Shown piece by piece: positions 21,847 to 36,410 of a stretch of DNA of 64,000 nt. Position 1 is the stretch's first letter. The number at the start of each line of letters is the position of its first letter. The DNA lies in NCBI RefSeq assembly GCF_052425735.1, contig NC_135765.1:33294001-33358000 (forward strand), written 5' to 3'. The stretch is from Oculina patagonica (taxonomy: Eukaryota). The notes under the pieces were generated by a model that was given only the letters and a program-made list of their open reading frames with translations, made no database searches and was not told where the DNA came from. A program made the translations under genes and the position numbers.

Positions 21847-24800
21847 GTAAGCCTTGAAGATTTTTATTTTTACTGTTTCAATCCAGCTTTAAGTTCTGCG
21901 CACCAAAGCTCTATACCACTGCAACTTTATAACTGTCAGCACAATTTTTAAATTACGCGGATCTTCTTTAATTTGCTTTTAATGCATAGCCAAGGGACGT
22001 GCAATATCCACCACTGTAAGGCCGAAAGTCGCATGAGTCTCTTTGGTGTCCGTCGTTAGCGATGTTTGTTTTGACGGTATTTTTAAAACTCAAAATGGGA
22101 CAACAGAGTTACTATGCAGTACGTTGAATTTTAATAAGTCGATGTTCAATGACTCTTATTCACAGAAGTCCAAAAATAAGATTTCGCGGGTTTTATATCT
22201 ATAATACGTCATCACAAGATTCTTATCCTTATAAGAAATACTTATAATATTTCTTTTCCGCACACTGAACACTGATAAAATGCGCGCAAACTCTTAAACA
22301 AAAAAATTGCTTGCGTTGCATAATTTTAGGCGGAACTATTTTATAAACATACCAGAACATCAAGGCTCATGCAAGTGAAGCAAAGATTTCATCACCAGTA
22401 ATGACGATTTTAAAGTGATGCCACCATGAAGGCGGTGTCCGGGAGAAAAAGTTTTTTGCTTTGATTTACGACAAGAAAAAAATTATTTTTACTTGTTTTA
22501 GTTTTGTATTAGTTTTCAAGGAAATAATTGTTGCGCAGAGGAAAAAAATTCCTTAAGCAGATCGATCCTTCTTTTCAGAGATGCAAACAATATTTTCAAA
22601 TTCTTCGGTTTTCCTTTTAATTTCGGTTACATGACCAAATTAAAACTATGCCGGAATCTAGCCTGACATTTATCACCTTTATGCCATTGCAAATCATTTG
22701 AATTCTATGGGTTTCAAAAATCGTGCAGTTACAACAGAATTTGGACACTTTTCGGATAACGTATTTTGTTTTAATTTTTTTCCTTTATCTTTTGGATATG
22801 TGTTTTTACAAGATTGTGTTTCAAGCCAATATATTTTATCATACGATGCGTTTAAACGTATTTCATCATGTGATTTCCGTATAGCAACCCAACATTTTAA
22901 CAATTAAAAGCCGCATATCACGTACCAGGAGTTTTAGATCGTGCTTTAAATCATGTTTGTTACTAAAAAATGTGCGACTTTATAAAGTGTCNNNNNNNNN
23001 NNNNNNNNNNNNNNNNNNNNNNNNNNNNNNNNNNNNNNNNNNNNNNNNNNNNNNNNNNNNNNNNNNNNNNNNNNNNNNNNNNNNNNNNNNNNNNNNNNNN
23101 NNNNNNNNNNNNNNNNNNNNNNNNNNNNNNNNNNNNNNNNNNNNNNNNNNNNNNNNNNNNNNNNNNNNNNNNNNNNNNNNNNNNNNNNNNNNNNNNNNNN
23201 NNNNNNNNNNNNNNNNNNNNNNNNNNNNNNNNNNNNNNNNNNNNNNNNNNNNNNNNNNNNNNNNNNNNNNNNNNNNNNNNNNNNNNNNNNNNNNNNNNNN
23301 NNNNNNNNNNNNNNNNNNNNNNNNNNNNNNNNNNNNNNNNNNNNNNNNNNNNNNNNNNNNNNNNNNNNNNNNNNNNNNNNNNNNNNNNNNNNNNNNNNNN
23401 NNNNNNNNNNNNNNNNNNNNNNNNNNNNNNNNNNNNNNNNNNNNNNNNNNNNNNNNNNNNNNNNNNNNNNNNNNNNNNNNNNNNNNNNNNNCTTTTTATT
23501 ACGTTCGACTGATTGCTATGGCTTCCTTTCAGTATTGCCAAGAGTATCATTTCAAAGGTTTTTCTTTTTTTCTTATTCGAAAGGTTCCGAAAGGCCGTTT
23601 ACCGTTTTCCAGTGATCCAGTTGTTTAGCTCTTTTTCAAAAACCACTGTAGTTCCTGTCCAAGTACAAAAAAATTCATTTTGTTGTGTTTGGAGATTTTC
23701 CTTTAAATATCGCCAATGCCTTGTACATTGGCACAACTGCGTTTTACCTCTACTACAATTCTATTTAGTAGTCAAACATCCTATAGCTAGGTTGCAATTT
23801 CCTATAGTTTTCTGTTCTTACACTTGCTTTCAGTGTTTGGTGCATAGTGGCTTTCCATTGAAATCATCATGGCATCTTATTTTTCGACGTGCTAAACAAA
23901 TAAGACGGATCGAAATCCGCCAATCACAGCCCACTAGCATGACATTCTGAACTCGTGAGTATATTTGCATGAAACTAACCAGTATGCATCGGTTTTGATT
24001 GGCTCATTTCAAACAGCACGTCGAAAAACGATGTCGAAAGATGGATGCAGAAAGATAGCTATGCACGTGACACTGAAAGCCGGTGTTTAAATTGAAACTT
24101 TATATATGTAGTATTCGTCTCCGCGGAAGTGTTGGGGTGGGGGGGGGGGGGTGGGGGGAAGATTTCACGTGTGCTCCTGTCGTTTTTGACAGATAGCCGT
24201 TGATGAAGATTCGACTGTAAGTGCTTGGGTCGATTTCCAACGCTCTCTCTAAAGTCCAGTTTTTAGGATTTTTTATGATGGATATGTGTAGTTTTCGCAG
24301 TTATAGACATATACCTTATCGGTCAATGTTGAGGGATGTATTACAGTGAAGTGTTGTTTAATTTGCTGGGGAAGGACCCTGACTCCAAAACCAACACTGG
24401 AAATGACCTAGTTAACAGCAAGATAGAGAAACGTATAAATTTATATCTTAATTAACAAACATCGTCCTCGAGGTAAGTACAACATGTATGTAAAATGTAT
24501 TTGGGGCTGAAAGCTGGTAAATAACGAAAAACAGTTTACAAAAACATCTTGCGTTTTTAAATAACGAAAAACAGTTTACAAAAACATCTTGCGTTTTCCT
24601 TTTCTAAGCGATATCCAAGAAAATCTAAGAGAGTTACGAATCACTTTAACCTTAACAAAACTGCAATTACTATTGTGACTTTTACATGTAATTTAAGCAA
24701 GAACTTTATAGCTCCTTTATAATTTCTGGGCGAAACTGTAATTTCATATTCGCATTTTTTTATATAAAATTTCAAACGTGAAACCGTTGGGCCTTCTGCT

Positions 24801-24913
24801 ATCTATTTTTTCTTTCATCCTGTAATCCATTTCTATCCTTGCCATCGTTGGTCAACCTTAATTTTTGACTTCTCGAAATCTTACTGTAACATACCCCATA
24901 TGATGAATATTAA

Positions 24914-27768
24914 TCATAAATCATTCAGTTTTTTGTTTTTCTTTGCACGGAAATTTTCAAACTGTTTGCTGGTTTTAAGGCATTCTTCCGCCTCCTCAGG
25001 CTCATGTTGCGTGAGAATGTGCCTCTTAAGATTTCCACGTTTTTTCAAGCGCTGTCCACAGATGTCGCACTCAAATGGTTTCTCTTTCGAGTGGGTTTTC
25101 TTGTGATTCCACAAAGCGCTGTAATTCTTGAAAGCCTTGGAACACTTATTGCATTTGTACGCCCAAACGTCTGCGTGGCGTTTTTTGTGCGCCGCAAGTG
25201 CACTAGACCAAGAAAATGTTTTACCGCAAACTTTACACGTATAGATCTTCTTTTCTTGAATATTATGGAAGCCCTTTTCATGTTCTTTCAGCGCGTTTGT
25301 GCTGCGAAACATTTTGTCACAGTGCGGGCATTTGCAAGGCTTCTCTCCTGTGTGGATCCGCTCATGGTCTCGCCGTGCGTAAACCGACCTGAATCCTTTG
25401 TCACAGTGCTGACACACGTAAGGTTTTTCCCCGGTGTGAATTAATTTGTGCTTGGCTAGGTGTTGTCGTTGACGAAATGCTTTTCCACATTCGTTGCACT
25501 TGTGAGGTCTTCTGTCGTAATGAATGTTCATGTGCTGACAATATTGTGTCGTGGAAGACAAAACTTTCCCGCATTCTACACACTCGCGAGGGTTCTTTTT
25601 CTTCTTTTTCTTGATGCCTGTGGAATAAAGAAACGAAATCGAGACTGTTCATAGCCCTCTTTCTTTCTCATAATTTTCTTCGAAGAGAATCGCAAGAGAT
25701 CTGGAAGACAGCGCAAAACGGGAGGTGCGAGGGGGTCCCCACCCCACCCTCGCGGTTCGCTCGCTACCCTCGCTGTTTCTCTTGCGATCGTATGCGTTGA
25801 AAAAAAGATAGGCTGTGAACAGTCTAAGCGAAATCAAGCAGCGACTATCAAATTGTTATTTTGAACACACTTGAACCTCTTTAATACAGACACCAAAGGG
25901 GTAGAGAAGAGTGTCCATATTATGGAGGTGTCCTTATTATAGAGCTAGCGTTTATTTAAATTTTGGTCTCTTTTGGAGTAGTATGTGAACTAACTGTAAT
26001 ATTATAGAGAGGTAACTGTAAGGAGAGGTTTGACTCTATTGGGCGATTGCATAAAAAATCTCTCCCCTTACTGGTCAATAAAATCTTACCCCCTTAAAAT
26101 CCGTTGAAAGTGACCCCACCCCTAACAAATTCACTAATATGTGTAGACCCCTGAATAATTTCTATTAGAAATCTTAATGTGACTGCCCTCCAAGAATTTC
26201 ATTAACCTGAGACCAGGCACTTTTTTTAATAAGTAGGGAGGGCATGAACTCAGGTTTGAATTTCATGAAATTTTTGGCCTTTACCTAAGTAATCCACTAT
26301 TTTTCACTTATTCCCCTAAAGAATTCTTGTATGTCCAACCTTATGTCTAAAGAATTTCACCATTCCACAACTGGAAGAGGTAGTACATACATTGCATTTA
26401 ATGCCATAGCCCATTACGGCTTTACCTCTAACAACATAATCAATTTGCATACCGGTAACTAATAAACTATCTTTTGAAAATATTTATTTCATCAAACCAA
26501 ACTTGTCTGTTACCTGTTGGTTCTTTCGGCACTCTCTCAGCCCTCCTTTTTGCAGTCTTTTTTGGAACATTTGGTTGCAAAAGTGATGGGAGCACAACAA
26601 CATCCACTTCTTGAGTAGTAGTTGTTGACTCATTGGACAACGCACTATCAGAGGTACTTGTAATGTTATTGTCACCTTGCTTTATTTCTTGAACAGTACT
26701 TTCAGCATTTGACTCTGTGATGGCTGATTGTTGATTTGATAGCTGATCATCATTGCCTTTTTGAGCAGAGTTTGAACTGGTTTGTACTGTGTCCGGTGAA
26801 CTAGATTCCACAATGAGGACTTCTTCTGGGACTTTTTGACTCTCAGTTCCTGTTGTTACATTTATCGCATCCTCCTGAGTATTGCTCAACTGATCTGAAC
26901 AAGCTCTATCTTTGTCACAAGCATTCCTCACTTCAAATTCTCCGACAGTTGAAAGGATTTGGACCTCAGGATCAGAATTAACTACAACACTTTTATCATT
27001 TGTTTCACCAACATTTGCTGCAGATTTCTTTTTCAAAAAGTTCCGAAGAGCCAGCTTAGTAGAATTAGTTATCTGAGTGCCTTCAACCTTCTCACTACTT
27101 GCTATGTCTTCCACTGTGTTATTATTTGCCATGCTTTCCACAATTTTATCATTTGCTAATTTTTTTACTCCTTGCGGTCTTGTGGTTGAAGCTTCCCCTT
27201 TCTGTAAAGGTTCTGTTTGAACTGGTGTTTGGACGTACACTCTTGGAACAACTTGTCCATTTTGGATGAGCATATTAAACATATCTGATGGCCTTTGTTG
27301 TTTTTGTTGAGCACTTGAAATTGATGGCTGTTGTGGATTTGAAATCGATTGCTGTCGTCGTTGTGAAATCATTCGCTGTCGTTGATTTGAAATAAATGGT
27401 CGCTGTGGTTTTGAAATTGACAGTTGGGATGAATTTGTCATTGATTTCTCTGAAGACTTTCTTTTTGTCACATGAGTATTTATTTGTTCAATGACATCAC
27501 TTCGCAAAGTTTCCTGTGTTGCATCATTTCCACTTGAGCGGTTGACATCATTTGTAAATGATATCTCAGCTGACACATCTGGGTCATCATGTGACCCTAC
27601 TTGGCAATGAGCCACATCACCAAATTGGTTACCAGTCCTTTCTGACGTTACCCCATTTCCATTTTCACTGGCTTCTTCTGACCCAGGCTGAGTGAATTCA
27701 AAGATGAAGTTGATGGTGTCAGAAGGTAAGGTTATAGTAGAATTAATGTTCACCTCCATTTCTGGCAT
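24914..27768 (-). CDS. C2H2 zinc-finger protein, copy 2 (likely allele of 17002-19855)
   Basis: Exons 27768-26514 and 25617-24914. Protein matches copy 1 except KAFRS>KGFRS in finger 3, plus synonymous differences. Confidence 0.85.
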
Positions 27769-29144
27769 TTCTTAGCTCTTAATGTGTAATATTTAAGCAA
27801 GATATCGTCATATTTAGAAGAATCCTATTGCAAGAAAAAAACATTACATCATTCAAGTTGAACTGCATTATAATTAATACAACTTGATTAAATGATTAAC
27901 TTGATTAGTGAAAGAAAAATAAATAACGGTAGAATGACTGATAAAATTACTTTAAGAAAGAGATATAGAATTGATGTTAGTTTTCGAAGACGATCGCATA
28001 TCGGGTTGGTGCACAAGACTCGCTGATGGCGCGCGGATCGATGCAACGTACAAATCAGTTATTTCAACCTACTACGTAACGGTGGAAAAATGTACGCCTC
28101 AAGACCTTCTAGCTTGTCTCGCCGGTAATACAGTTTAAAAGCAATCTCTATTCGAACAAATTATTCTTTAATCTTACCAATCATCTCAGCTTTGATCCCA
28201 ACAGAAACCAGCGAAGAAAGATCGATTTTCAGACCAAAGTAGCCGCCATTTTTGAGACTCGTTCCCATGTGAGAGAGTAACCTGGGAACGAGTTTTTGTG
28301 TACCATGTTGCGTGACAGATCAACGTGACATTGTTTTTATGCTAAAAAAAATCTCAAAAGAAAACACTTTGGTACAGTATCATCAATATTGGTCGGGTTT
28401 TTCGTGGGGCTGAGTACCATTGTAACTAAGAGAATGAAAAAAATATTGCCAAGCCCATAATGATTCTCCTGTTGCAGGCTTCTTTATTTCCAAAATTTAA
28501 AGAAGAAGAAGTTATGATCGATTTGATTTGATGTGAAGATTCAAAGTCGTTTTGTCCTTGACAACAATGGATCGAAAAATTTCCATAAAAAAACCATTGG
28601 CTCGATCAAACAAAAGCAATCGAAAACAGGTTTCCACACAGCAGTTGCGGAATAAAAATAATCATGTGAAAATCCATTTACGTCAGTAATAATGTGTCGA
28701 ATAATTTTATTTTTTGACTAGCAAAATTTTCTGGCAATGCTGGCAGCCCGCTTGTAAATAATTCATCGAAGACTTCGAAGCGGTTTTGACCAAAGTTAGT
28801 GTTATTTAATTTTGCTTAAAACCTTACCGACACAGAAAAGATAGACAAAATCTTTGCCGGGCTTGGTCGGGCAAAACAGGGCAAAGCGGACGCCATATTC
28901 TGCATGTCGACGTTACCCCGGATAAACAAGATGTGGGGAAACCCCCTTCTTCCTCTATTCTATCCAATCACAAACAACCATGTAGATAACATATGCATTG
29001 TGTATGATCTCTTATTTCGCTTCAGTAGTCGGTCCATGAATACTAAAAACATGTCTTTCCAGTTTTGTGACAAGAACATATGAAGTATCCTTGGCTAAAA
29101 GTTGAAATGCTGAAGAGAAGGATCTACAAAACACTTCATAAAGG

Positions 29145-32100
29145 ATGGCAGGTAGGTTTGTAAGGAATGTCGTGTATGAAAGCAGCTGTGAAGAAACTAA
29201 ATTTGCTGTGTTTGATATATGGAAACGATTCAACATTGAATCACATTTTAATTGAAAGAATGGCTACTAGAAAGTGTTGAAACGTTTGGTTGATTTCAGG
29301 AGAAACTCGAAAGCGTCGCCAAAGGTCTACGTCCAAAAAACAAGGAACAATTCTGGATCAGCTAGAACAAGAATCAAGTTCTGCCCTTGAAGTAAACAAG
29401 ACGCCTCCTACTGATTACCCTTGCGTGACATTATCAACCGATCATGAACGAACGCCGGGACGAACGGTGTCGGCGCTAATCAGCGCTACATCTTCGTCGT
29501 CGGATGATCTCGGTAACGATAACGGAAGTAAAGCTAAATCAAAGAAAAGAGCGATTGAACACGATGAGGCGGACACCCGAGTTATAGAAGCAACGTCTTC
29601 GGCGACATCGTCCGGTTTGCATTTATTGAGTGACACAGCCGAGCGGCAGTCACACGCAACGACGGACGCTGTACGGTTGCTGGACAATCAAACGACTGCG
29701 TGCGGACTGTGGCGGAAACAAGCCCAATGCCTGATGTATTTGGTCAAGACGATGATGGCGACACGTAAGCCTTGAAGATTTTTTTATTATTTTTACTGTT
29801 TCAATCCAGCTTTAAGTTCTGCGCACCAAAGCTCTATACCACTGCAACTTTATAACTGTCAGCACAATTTTTAAATTACGCGGATCTTCTTTAATTTGCT
29901 TTTAATGCATAGCCAAGGGACGTGCAATATCCACCACTGTAAGGCCGAAAGTCGCATGAGTCTCTTTGGTGTCCGTCGTTAGCGATGTTTGTTTTGACGG
30001 TATTTTTAAAACTCAAAATGGGACAACAGAGTTACTATGCAGTACGTTGAATTTTAATAAGTCGATGTTCAATGACTCTTATTCACAGAAGTCCAAAAAT
30101 AAGATTTCGCGGGTTTTATATCTATAATACGTCATCACAAGATTCTTATCCTTATAAGAAATACTTATAATATTTCTTTTCCGCACACTGAACACTGATA
30201 AAATGCGCGCAAACTCTTAAACAAAAAAATTGCTTGCGTTGCATAATTTTAGGCGGAACTATTTTATAAACATACCAGAACATCAATGACAAGCTCATGC
30301 AAGTGAAGCAAAGATTTCATCAGCAGTAATGACGATTTTAAAGTGATGCCACCATGAAGGCGGTGTCCGGGAGAAAAAGTTTTTTGCTTTGATTTACGAC
30401 AAGAAAAAAATTATTTTTACTTGTTTTAGTTTTGTATTAGTTTTCAAGGAAATAATTGTTGCGCAGAGGAAAAAAATTCCTTAAGAAGATCGATCCTTCT
30501 TTTCAGAGATGCAAACAATATTTTCAAATTCTTCGGTTTTCCTTTTAATTTCGGTTACATGACCAAATTAAAACTATGCCGGAATCTAGCCTAAACCACA
30601 CGTAACTAAGGCAACTTGTGAATTTTGTATATTTGTCATTTATCACCTTTATGCCATTGCAAATCATTTGAATTCTATGGGTTTCAAAAATCGTGCAGTT
30701 ACAACAGAATTTGGACACTTTTGATTGTCGGATAACGTATTTTGTTTTAATTTTTTTCCTTTATCTTTTGGATATGTGTTTTTACAAGATTGTGTTTCAA
30801 GCCAATATATTTTATCATACGATGCGTTTAAACGTATTTCATCATGTGATTTCCGTATAGCAACCCAACATTTTAACAATTAAAAGCCGCACATCACGTA
30901 CCAGGAGTTTTAGATCGTGCTTTAAATCATGTTTGTTACTAAAAAATGTGCGACTTTATAAAGTGTCCTTTACAAAAATAGTGGGGAATTTTGTAGGTTA
31001 GATATTTTTTGGTGGTTTTTGGAGTACAGTAAAATCCCGATGTCTCGAACCTCAAAGGGAAACGGCTTCTGGTTCGGGTCATCGGGTGGTTCGAGAAATA
31101 TCAGATTCGAGTATATCCAGGGATATATTTGATAACCAAGGTAAGGAACTTTGTAGCACGTGAGATGCCTTGTGATAAAATTTTTCTGATTAAACCCTCC
31201 GAGACATATTGACTGCGTAGATTTATTAACACCATCAGTTTTTAAAGCTTGGGAACTTAACCTAATACGCACATATCAAGTCAGGTCAATGATATTCTTT
31301 TGTTTCTTCCCGTTGAAGCTAACCTATTTTAGTATAAAACCCAGAATTGGCTATATTATCTCTCTTCGCCAGGTTTCTTCATATCGCCGTTGTCCAGGGA
31401 GACCAACCGCTGACCGAGTTTTTCATCCATAGAATGAAGTCGAGAGGAGTTGATATTTATAACAAGCTAAGACAGGTAACGTTTTGATTCTAATACGGCT
31501 TGTAGACATGAAAACACATTTATTTATTTATTTATTTTTATTTTATTTTACAAATTTCCCTCGGAGGTATTCACAAAAGAAAACGGGCCCAAAATCCTGC
31601 AAAATAAAGCGACAATAGCCAGGTGGTGAAAAGTGTCATTTTTGGCAGTTTTCTTTGCATCACTTCAATTATCCAATCAAAACACGAGCGCAAGGACTCT
31701 AAAAAACGTCGAAAGAAGTCACTTCGGTGACGAAAGCCGCTGGCTTATTGATTGCTTAAGAAACTGCAATTTTGTATATACCTGATGGAAGAATCGTTGG
31801 CCCATGAAATCATAAACCGTGAACGATGCTCTTATCTTGATTTTCAATCAAAAAGGAATATTACTAAGCTTACCAAGGATGTCTACGCAGAATACCGTTG
31901 GGCCATATCGTTCATGGTTTATCAGTGCTTTCAGTTCACATGGTCGACGTTTCTTCAATTAGGTGATGTGCAAATGGTCTGCCCTCTGTCGATTGGGATT
32001 TTTTAAAAGTTATGTTCATTTCCTCTGTTTCTGTAGCATACTTGGAAACTGGCTATCTCGCGATCGAAGCTAAGTGTATAACCACAACAAACAACATTTA

Positions 32101-35100
32101 CATTACACTTGAGTAACAATAAGTTTAGAATAAAAATCAGCGATAAGAAATGACGTTTCGATGAATCGCGGTTCATCATTATCAAATTCTAAAAAAAATT
32201 CTTTTCGCTGATTTTTATTCTAAATTGTATAACGAAAGCCTCCGTTATAACAATAAGTTAATCAGTTTAAAAACCTGTTGTTTCAGACTCCTCTCCATCT
32301 TGCCGTGATAACGCATCAAATATATATCGTAAAAAGGCTGATAGAGGGCGGGGCTGATGTCAACTTGATGGACAGGCACGGACAGACTGCTCTTCATTTG
32401 GCCTGTCAAGATGGTAACGTCAACTGCGTCTATGCCATTCGTGACGTCACAAAAAGTAACCGCGTCGAGATCAGGCTAGACTTGAAAAATTTTCAAGGTA
32501 AGACGAACAATAAACCAGCGCTTATAACTTTATAATTTTTACGCCTATAGGAAACCATGTTTGGCTACTCGAAAGCGTTGCGTCTTCTTTTATCTAGAAA
32601 AGCTCGTACTGTCAGAATTTCTCGCTTTATCCAGCGTTCCAGTGCTTTTATTCTCCCACTTTCATGAAGTGATCAAGTCCCTTTACGACTGCTAACTAAG
32701 ATCTTTACTTCCTTTATTTCCATTTCACGCTTCTCTTCCTATAGAGTTTTCCATGGCGGCCTCGGAGGAGGAAACAAAGTGACGGGTACTATTTTTAGCA
32801 ATATCTATTTACGGCTTCCAACTCCTCCAACAGGGCTTCCACAATCTCTAAGTTCTCTATACGTTTAACTCTCCCTTTAATCCAACGCCCCTGTATTCCC
32901 AGCTCCAAGCTCGCTTACTTGCTCCCCCCCCCCTTTTTTCCCTAACACCCATCACACACATCATTACATCACCGGCATCACCTTTATTTCACCTCGTTAT
33001 TTACAAGGGTAGCTGTATAGCTAATTTCTCCGAGAACGAAAAGGTTCGAAGAAAAAGTAACTAAATATGTTATGACACTTTATTTCTCACTATGACTCTG
33101 ATCCTGCCCCTAGAACTCCCTAGTTTTCACCTTTTTCTTCGCTGAAGCCTCTACTTTCTGATAAATTATTTTCTCGCTTACAGGTTGTTCTGCCCTCCAC
33201 GTAGCGACGTTGAAAGGAAGTCAACCACTGGTTGAAACTCTTATCGACATGGGAGCTGATATAAACGATCAGGTTACTGACCTCTTTTGAAATCCCTTTA
33301 GCCTCAAGATTTATGTTTCAAATGAAAAGACCTAAAGTTATGTATCGCGGTGGCTCCTTCAACTTTGCAAAGAAGTGGTATCACGAGAATAATCAAGATC
33401 GTTCGCCCAAAAAACCCTGTTCGCTGTTATTCTTTGAGATCAATTTCACTGGTGCTAACTTCAGTATTTTATTCCAACTTGTTACCTGGTTACAGTAAAA
33501 TTCACGTTCCCGTAAGGGTGTGAACAGCAAAACAACCATAAGAAATTCCAGGGGCATAGCTGCCTGTACGCACATACGCACGTGGACTGTAAAAGAGAAG
33601 AAGAGATTTTGAAAAAGGAAATAAGCTGGAATATGTACATATACGAAATCCGGAACAGTCAAACATAGGAAAGGACGAAAGAACTGATCTGACGCAGAAC
33701 GAGAAAGACAGAAGAAGCACGAGGTGAACGAGAGACCGGATTATGACCTTGTGCCCACAAGAGAGACTGCACAACAAACCCACCAACCCACCCAAAATTA
33801 AACAAAAATAATTAAAAAGGAAGACGAGATTGAGAGGAAGGGAGGGAGAAGAAGGGATGAAAATTATGCGTGCCTCTGGAAAAATCGTAGCTACGCCCCT
33901 GAATACGTACCAGATATGACTAGAACCCTGGGTGAAAAATGTGCAATGTTTAATTTTGGGGCTCACGGATTTAACGTTAAATCTATGCGCCCCAGTAATC
34001 GTAATAGTATGGATTGCAACTGGTGCGCGGACTGAACGAAAATCTCTGGCCATTTGTAGAAGGTCTAGAAAGGTGGCCATTATAGTTCAATTCTATTTGA
34101 AAAAACCTTTGTAAATCCGTACAGTCGACCGTGCTTCAATTAATATATCAAAATATGTATTTCGTCCATAAACGCAGGACTCTAATAGTGGTCGCACGCC
34201 ATTACATCACGCAGTGGAGACTGGGAAGTATCACGTGGCTGAGTACTTGATATCACGTGGTGCCGACGTGAACAAGGTAACATACGCAGGGAATACGCCG
34301 CTTCATACAGCAAGCGGCCGAGAAATGGATGAAATGGTGAAACTATTAATGACGCACGGCGCAAATGTGAACATCGCTAATTTGGAAGGTGATACTCCCA
34401 AAGTGGTACGATCAAGCAAGCAGGTAAATGAGTTACATAGTTAGTTGGCTTAAAGTGCGTAAGATAGAAGCGACATTTGTATTTTTCCTATTTTGAAAGT
34501 TTAGAGTTTTAAGGATACGATTCCAAGTTTGAAGCTGATGGCCTAAAAATTGACGATTTTACAAGTCCGGAAAGTTGCGTTTAAATCGCGCGGCCAAAAT
34601 GCCACGTGACCTCAGCCGATGACGTAGAGTTGTGGACAAAAACACTCCATCGAAAATAGCGGTGAGTGTGAAAGAGGGAGAACAGAGGAAGAAGAAAGTC
34701 CCTAACGCTGTTCACTGCAAAAGTTGTTGGCACTCTTTGTTTACAACGATACACGCTACAACATTTCACGTAACACTGCATGTAAAATTTTCGGTGGGCG
34801 TGGCCACAAGCTGCAATATTGCTGATGCAGCAATTCCCCAAGCAAGTTCTGAGCTTGGTTGCTGGATAAATCATTATTCAGAGTAAAAGTGTGACAAAAA
34901 TAAACATACTATTCATTGATTGAGTAGTTTCATTCGGGTAGAGATGTGATTCCATCCTCGAAAAGGAGAACTTCTCAGCTTTTCAGTGTGCTTTCTCGAT
35001 CAGTGCGCTTTCACAGAACGGTCTTGACGCTAAAATTTGGAGCATAAATGGGAGGAGCACAAAAACAGTAGCAACCATCTTGAATTTGAAGAGAAAGAAG

Positions 35101-35668
35101 AATTAAGAGAATTTTAATCTGCGATTAGGCAAGCTGTTTTTTCTCTCTTGCGTTGACCGCACGAGCAAGAACGCGAAAAAGGTTATTGCCTGATCGTAGG
35201 TTTAATTAGCTAGAGGATTCTAAGTTACACTTTGTCTGTGGCGATCGGTAGACGTATNNNNNNNNNNNNNNNNNNNNNNNNNNNNNNNNNNNNNNNNNNN
35301 NNNNNNNNNNNNNNNNNNNNNNNNNNNNNNNNNNNNNNNNNNNNNNNNNNNNNNNNNNNNNNNNNNNNNNNNNNNNNNNNNNNNNNNNNNNNNNNNGCCC
35401 CTTCCCCCTCTCATGAGTATTTTAAATTTGTTTTTTAAATATCGCGCGCGGGGGTTTTTTTCCCCCCTTTTTTTTTTTTTATAAAGGGGGGGGGGGGGGG
35501 GGTTTTTTCCGTCCCCCCCCCCCCCCAAATTTTTTTTCTTTTTTTTTTTTTTTCTTATTAATATGTAAAGAAAGCACAGTAATTGTTCGTCTGTTATTTT
35601 TTATTTCTTATTAGGCTAAGAGGCAGTTCCGGTCTAAAGAAAAAGACACTAAGAGGAGAAAACGATGA
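29145..35668 (+). CDS. BCL3: BCL3-like IkB-family ankyrin-repeat protein (exon 2 of this copy frameshifted)
   Basis: Exons 29145-29151, 29300-29764, 31373-31475, 32287-32497, 33184-33272, 34178-34423, 35615-35668. Sequence DDDGDTFLHIAVVQG..DIYNKLRQTPLHLAVIT..DRHGQTALHLAC..SGRTPLHHAVE..YAGNTPLHTASGR closely parallels vertebrate BCL3 (DIYNNLRQTPLHLAVIT). Basic C-terminal tail TKRRKR. A +5 nt difference near 29665-29677 breaks the frame in this copy. Confidence 0.85.
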
Positions 35669-36039
35669 TACTTCAAATTGAATTTCGGCACTATGAAAAC
35701 ATGCAAGTCCTTGAAAACAACGTCAATGAGAAAAAGATGCCAGAGTTACTGGACTGAATGAACTATTGTGTGGTTGGACATAGCTGGAATTGAACAAAGA
35801 ATATGAGATAAAAGTTGTTATTGTTCTTGTTATGGGAATCGTGGATCAAGTTTTCCCAGTTACCTGTTGTGTGACTAGTCTCCTTTGCAGCTCTTAGGGC
35901 CGTCACGCAACGCTTGTAGGGAAAAGCGATGCGTTACGAACCAAAAATCGTGTGCGAGCGAAGGAAACTAATTTGTGGATAGCCTGCCAGTTAGTATAAT
36001 CGCTGCCAGTGGCCGTCAAGACGATGTTAATCCTAATCC

Positions 36040-36410
36040 TTATTCACTTCCACTGCTCGTGCATGGAGCATAGGTCAATGGAAACTAAACACCTGCTCGG
36101 TCTATTTTAGGCTATCTTCTCAAGCTATCTCCAGGTGTAGCTTGCTTTCCACGCCTCGTTGTCTACCGTCCTCCTTCAGCTGTTCCTGGGACGGCCTCGG
36201 CTCCTCTTCCCCTGTGGGTTTCACCTCAGTGCCTGCTTGATGACATTGCAATCCTCTTTCCTGAGAGTGTGCCCAATCCAACCGCACTTGCGTAGCTTGC
36301 GCCTTCTAATCTGGATGTTAATTCTTTCTTGTTCAGCTCTTGTCCACAATTCTTTGTTCCTGATGACCTCTTGGCAGTGGATGCCCATAATGGACCTCAG
36401 GCACAATGTT
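36040..36410 (-). mobile_element. 3' fragment of an RTE-clade LINE
   Basis: Minus strand CLRSIMGIH..IRNKELW..IRRRK..WIGHTLRK..ALR, then (frameshifted) PQGKRSRGRPRNSWRRTV: typical RTE ORF C-terminus. Confidence 0.8.

Larger units (their letters stand above)
15610..30967. repeat. ~7.4-kb direct duplication (15610-22991 vs 23492-30967) around a 500-N gap; probably uncollapsed haplotypes
   Basis: Both copies carry near-identical ORFs (433 aa, 215 aa) at an offset of ~7913. Copy 1 ends exactly at the gap and copy 2 starts exactly at the gap. Confidence 0.9.

Noticed and set aside
22957-23628. Long ORFs spanning N-runs (also near 35220, 57821 and 61798)
   Set aside because: Artefacts of translating assembly gaps.
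35397-35555. Homopolymer-rich G/C/T stretch
   Set aside because: Directly next to a gap; looks like low-quality read-end sequence.
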